Origin: an uncultured Clostridia bacterium
GTDB lineage: Bacteria > Bacillota > Clostridia > Christensenellales > CAG-314
Length of the DNA: 64,000 nucleotides
Assembly: GCA_947630425.1 (NCBI GenBank)
Contig: CANRHN010000001.1
Location: 26,567 to 90,566, forward strand
Direction of reading: 5' to 3'
Part shown: positions 62,037-64,000 of the stretch, piece after piece
How positions within the stretch are numbered: the stretch's first letter is position 1
Layout: each line of letters starts with the position of its first letter
Notes under the pieces: generated by a model
Seen by the model: only the letters and a program-made list of their open reading frames with translations
Database searches by the model: none
Told to the model about the DNA's origin: nothing
Translations under genes and position numbers: made by a program

Positions 62037-62129
62037 TGGCGGAAGAGATGGGATTCGAACCCATGTGCCACCGATGGGTGGCAACCGCATTTCGAGTGCG
62101 GGCCGTTACAACCACTTCGATACTCTTCC
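62037..62129 (-). tRNA. tRNA-Ser (anticodon CGA)
   Basis: Hand-folded cloverleaf: acceptor GGAAGAG/CTCTTCC, anticodon stem CCGCA/TGCGG with loop CTCGAAA, long variable arm GCCACC-CATC-GGTGGC, T arm ATGGG-TTCGAAT-CCCAT, discriminator G, CCA. Confidence 0.9.
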
Positions 62130-62257
62130 AAGCCTTTTTATGTTACAACAAATCGTAATTGTTGTCAAGCGGGCGGTGGCAAGTTGTTGCCAATTGGTCC
62201 GACGTTTTCGGCATAATGTTTACGGCATTTACGCGGGCGCATAATTACATTAAAACA

Positions 62258-62286
62258 TTGTAAAAATCAAAAAAATGTTGTATAAT
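62258..62286 (+). promoter_or_regulatory. Candidate promoter of the cotH-family gene
   Basis: TTGTAA (62258-62263), a 17-nt spacer, then TATAAT (62281-62286). Confidence 0.5.
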
Positions 62287-62336
62287 GATTTTACAAACAT
62301 TTATTTTCGCGCAACTGCACGTTTAAGGAGTTTGCA

Positions 62337-64000
62337 ATGAAAAAAATTTTAATGTTGACGCTTTGCATTGTTATAGTTGCATTGTCTGTGGTCGGTTGTT
62401 CAACCGGTCATCGACACACATACTCCAACAAATGGAGCTACAACACAACTCAACATTGGCACAAAGCCACCTGCGAACACACCGACATGAAGCGTGATGT
62501 GGAAAACCACAATTTTTCAAACGACAAATGCACGGTTTGCGGTTATATCAAAAACACGCCCGTACCCGATCCCGACGACGGTTCCGAAACGGATTGGGAA
62601 TTCGGAGACGACGTAAGCCGCAACAACGCCAATTTCTACGAAGGTTACTCCGACGAGGAAAAGGAACTCTACTACACTTTGTGGAATGAGAACACCGTAA
62701 TCAACGTGGAAATCGACATTTCCGCGCACGAGCTTCAAATGCTCAATGAAGCATACGAGTATTGGCGCGATCACAATCACGACGCCACGCTTGCCGACGT
62801 CTATCGCAAATGCAATCTTAAAATCACCGTCAACGGGCACGCCTACGAATACGAGGAAGTGGGAATACGTATGCGCGGCAACACTTCGCGCACGGATTTT
62901 GTAAACGACAACGGGCAAATTTACAACCTTGTGCACTTCCGCTTTAGCCTGACGGAAACATTCGACGGCGACGAGTACGAGGGAAACGCTTGGGCTTCCG
63001 AATTATACCACGATTGGCAGCGCGACACCGAGGCGGGCGAAGCGGCGCGCAAAAAGCGCAAGGATCGCACCTTTGCCACCATGGAAAAGTTCTACTACAA
63101 GTGGAACAAAAACTACGACCAAACCTACATTCGTGAGGTGTACAACAATCGGATGTTCCAAGCATACGGTATTTTAGCACCCCATATCACGTTGGCGCAG
63201 TTCAGCGTCAAGCAAAACGACGCAATGGAAAACATTGGCGTCGGCAATTTGTACGAGTTGATAGACAAGCAGTTTATCAAACGCAACTTCGACAAGGCGC
63301 ACAAGGGCGGAGATTTGTACAAATGCACCTACGTTTCGTCTCCCGCCGATTTTACCAACACAAACAGCATCGGCGTTGAAACCGCCACGCAAAGTTACAC
63401 CTACGATCTCAAAACAAACGATGACCCCGCAGAACCGGAGTGGAGCAACCACGAGTATATCAAGACGTTTATCGGCGCGTTGCAAACAAGCAAAACGTCG
63501 CCCGAGTTCAAAACCAAGCTGGAATCGATGATGGATATGGACTACTTTGCCCGTTTTGAGGCGGTCAACTATCTTGTGGGCAATCCCGACTGTATTCGCA
63601 ATCACGCCAACAATTTTTACCTTTACTTTACTCCGAAAGATGACAACGGCAACTTTAAGGCATACTTGATACCGTATGATTACGACCGTTGTTTTGGCGC
63701 AAACATGGATTGGAATCCCGCAAACGGCATGGTCAACAGCGGACCGTACACGACGGAAACAACCATCGACGAAAACGGCAGAACGTGCCGCAACCCGCTC
63801 TACACCAAAACAATTTTGGACGGCGGACTGCCAGAGTACCGAGCAATGTATACCGCCGCGCTCAAAAAAGTTTTGGACGGAAAGTGGTTTACGTATGCCA
63901 ACTACAAGGCAATTTACGAGGCGTACAAGACCCATTATGCAACTTTGGCAAGACCCTCCCAGACCATTGTGACTCAATGCGGCGGCAAATTGAACATAAA
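62337..64000 (+). CDS. cotH: CotH-family (spore-coat kinase-like) lipoprotein, 3' end outside window
   Basis: ATG at 62337 follows AAGGAG. Lipobox LSVVGCS. I translated it by hand to the window end without a stop. GIRMRGNTSR, FYYKWNKNYD, LYKC and NFYLYF blocks fit CotH. It is not in the ORF track because it is truncated. Confidence 0.7.
   Translation, partial: MKKILMLTLCIVIVALSVVGCSTGHRHTYSNKWSYNTTQHWHKATCEHTDMKRDVENHNFSNDKCTVCGYIKNTPVPDPDDGSETDWEFGDDVSRNNANFYEGYSDEEKELYYTLWNENTVINVEIDISAHELQMLNEAYEYWRDHNHDATLADVYRKCNLKITVNGHAYEYEEVGIRMRGNTSRTDFVNDNGQIYNLVHFRFSLTETFDGDEYEGNAWASELYHDWQRDTEAGEAARKKRKDRTFATMEKFYYKWNKNYDQTYIREVYNNRMFQAYGILAPHITLAQFSVKQNDAMENIGVGNLYELIDKQFIKRNFDKAHKGGDLYKCTYVSSPADFTNTNSIGVETATQSYTYDLKTNDDPAEPEWSNHEYIKTFIGALQTSKTSPEFKTKLESMMDMDYFARFEAVNYLVGNPDCIRNHANNFYLYFTPKDDNGNFKAYLIPYDYDRCFGANMDWNPANGMVNSGPYTTETTIDENGRTCRNPLYTKTILDGGLPEYRAMYTAALKKVLDGKWFTYANYKAIYEAYKTHYATLARPSQTIVTQCGGKLNI

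Overview
This 64-kb window looks like a roughly 50% GC spore-forming Firmicute, probably Clostridia-like (yyaC, cotH, addAB). All product calls rest on motifs read by eye from the supplied translations; no database search was run.

Positions 1-34 kb are ordinary core genome:
- cvpA-like gene, yyaC, ftsH, addB-addA, uvrC, dut, a GH2 hydrolase and tadA
- tRNA-Pro(GGG)
- two large surface lipoproteins and a 5'-nucleotidase
- surE, two DHH/NrnA-like paralogues and a CDF transporter

From tRNA-Arg(CCT) (34024-34098) to tRNA-Ser(CGA) (62037-62129, minus strand) lies a mosaic accessory region of about 28 kb. It is built from tRNA-derived junction repeats and contains:
- Two or three cassettes with near-identical non-coding flanks but unrelated cargo ORFs. 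Each cargo ORF is coupled to a conserved 16-codon upstream ORF.
- A LysR-controlled detoxification-type module.
- An HTH-ImmA/IrrE plus PIN pair.
- An IS3-family remnant.
- An AT-rich five-gene operon centred on a GHKL/MORC-like ATPase and a 1181-aa protein carrying a zinc ribbon, three or four RNA polymerase alpha-CTD-like repeats and a sigma region-4-like HTH. This is my best candidate for an undescribed conflict system.
- A controller protein plus a single-polypeptide fusion of a C5 methyltransferase, a PLD nuclease and a B3-like domain.
- A tyrosine recombinase, followed by a 161-bp segment bounded by perfect 21-bp inverted repeats (a candidate invertible promoter).
- A TIR / SIR2 / zinc-ribbon-SPFH / membrane-protein operon.

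All three tRNAs carry downstream duplications of their T-loop-to-CCA ends. These duplications are separated by members of one hairpin-containing repeat family.

The window ends in a partial cotH-family gene.
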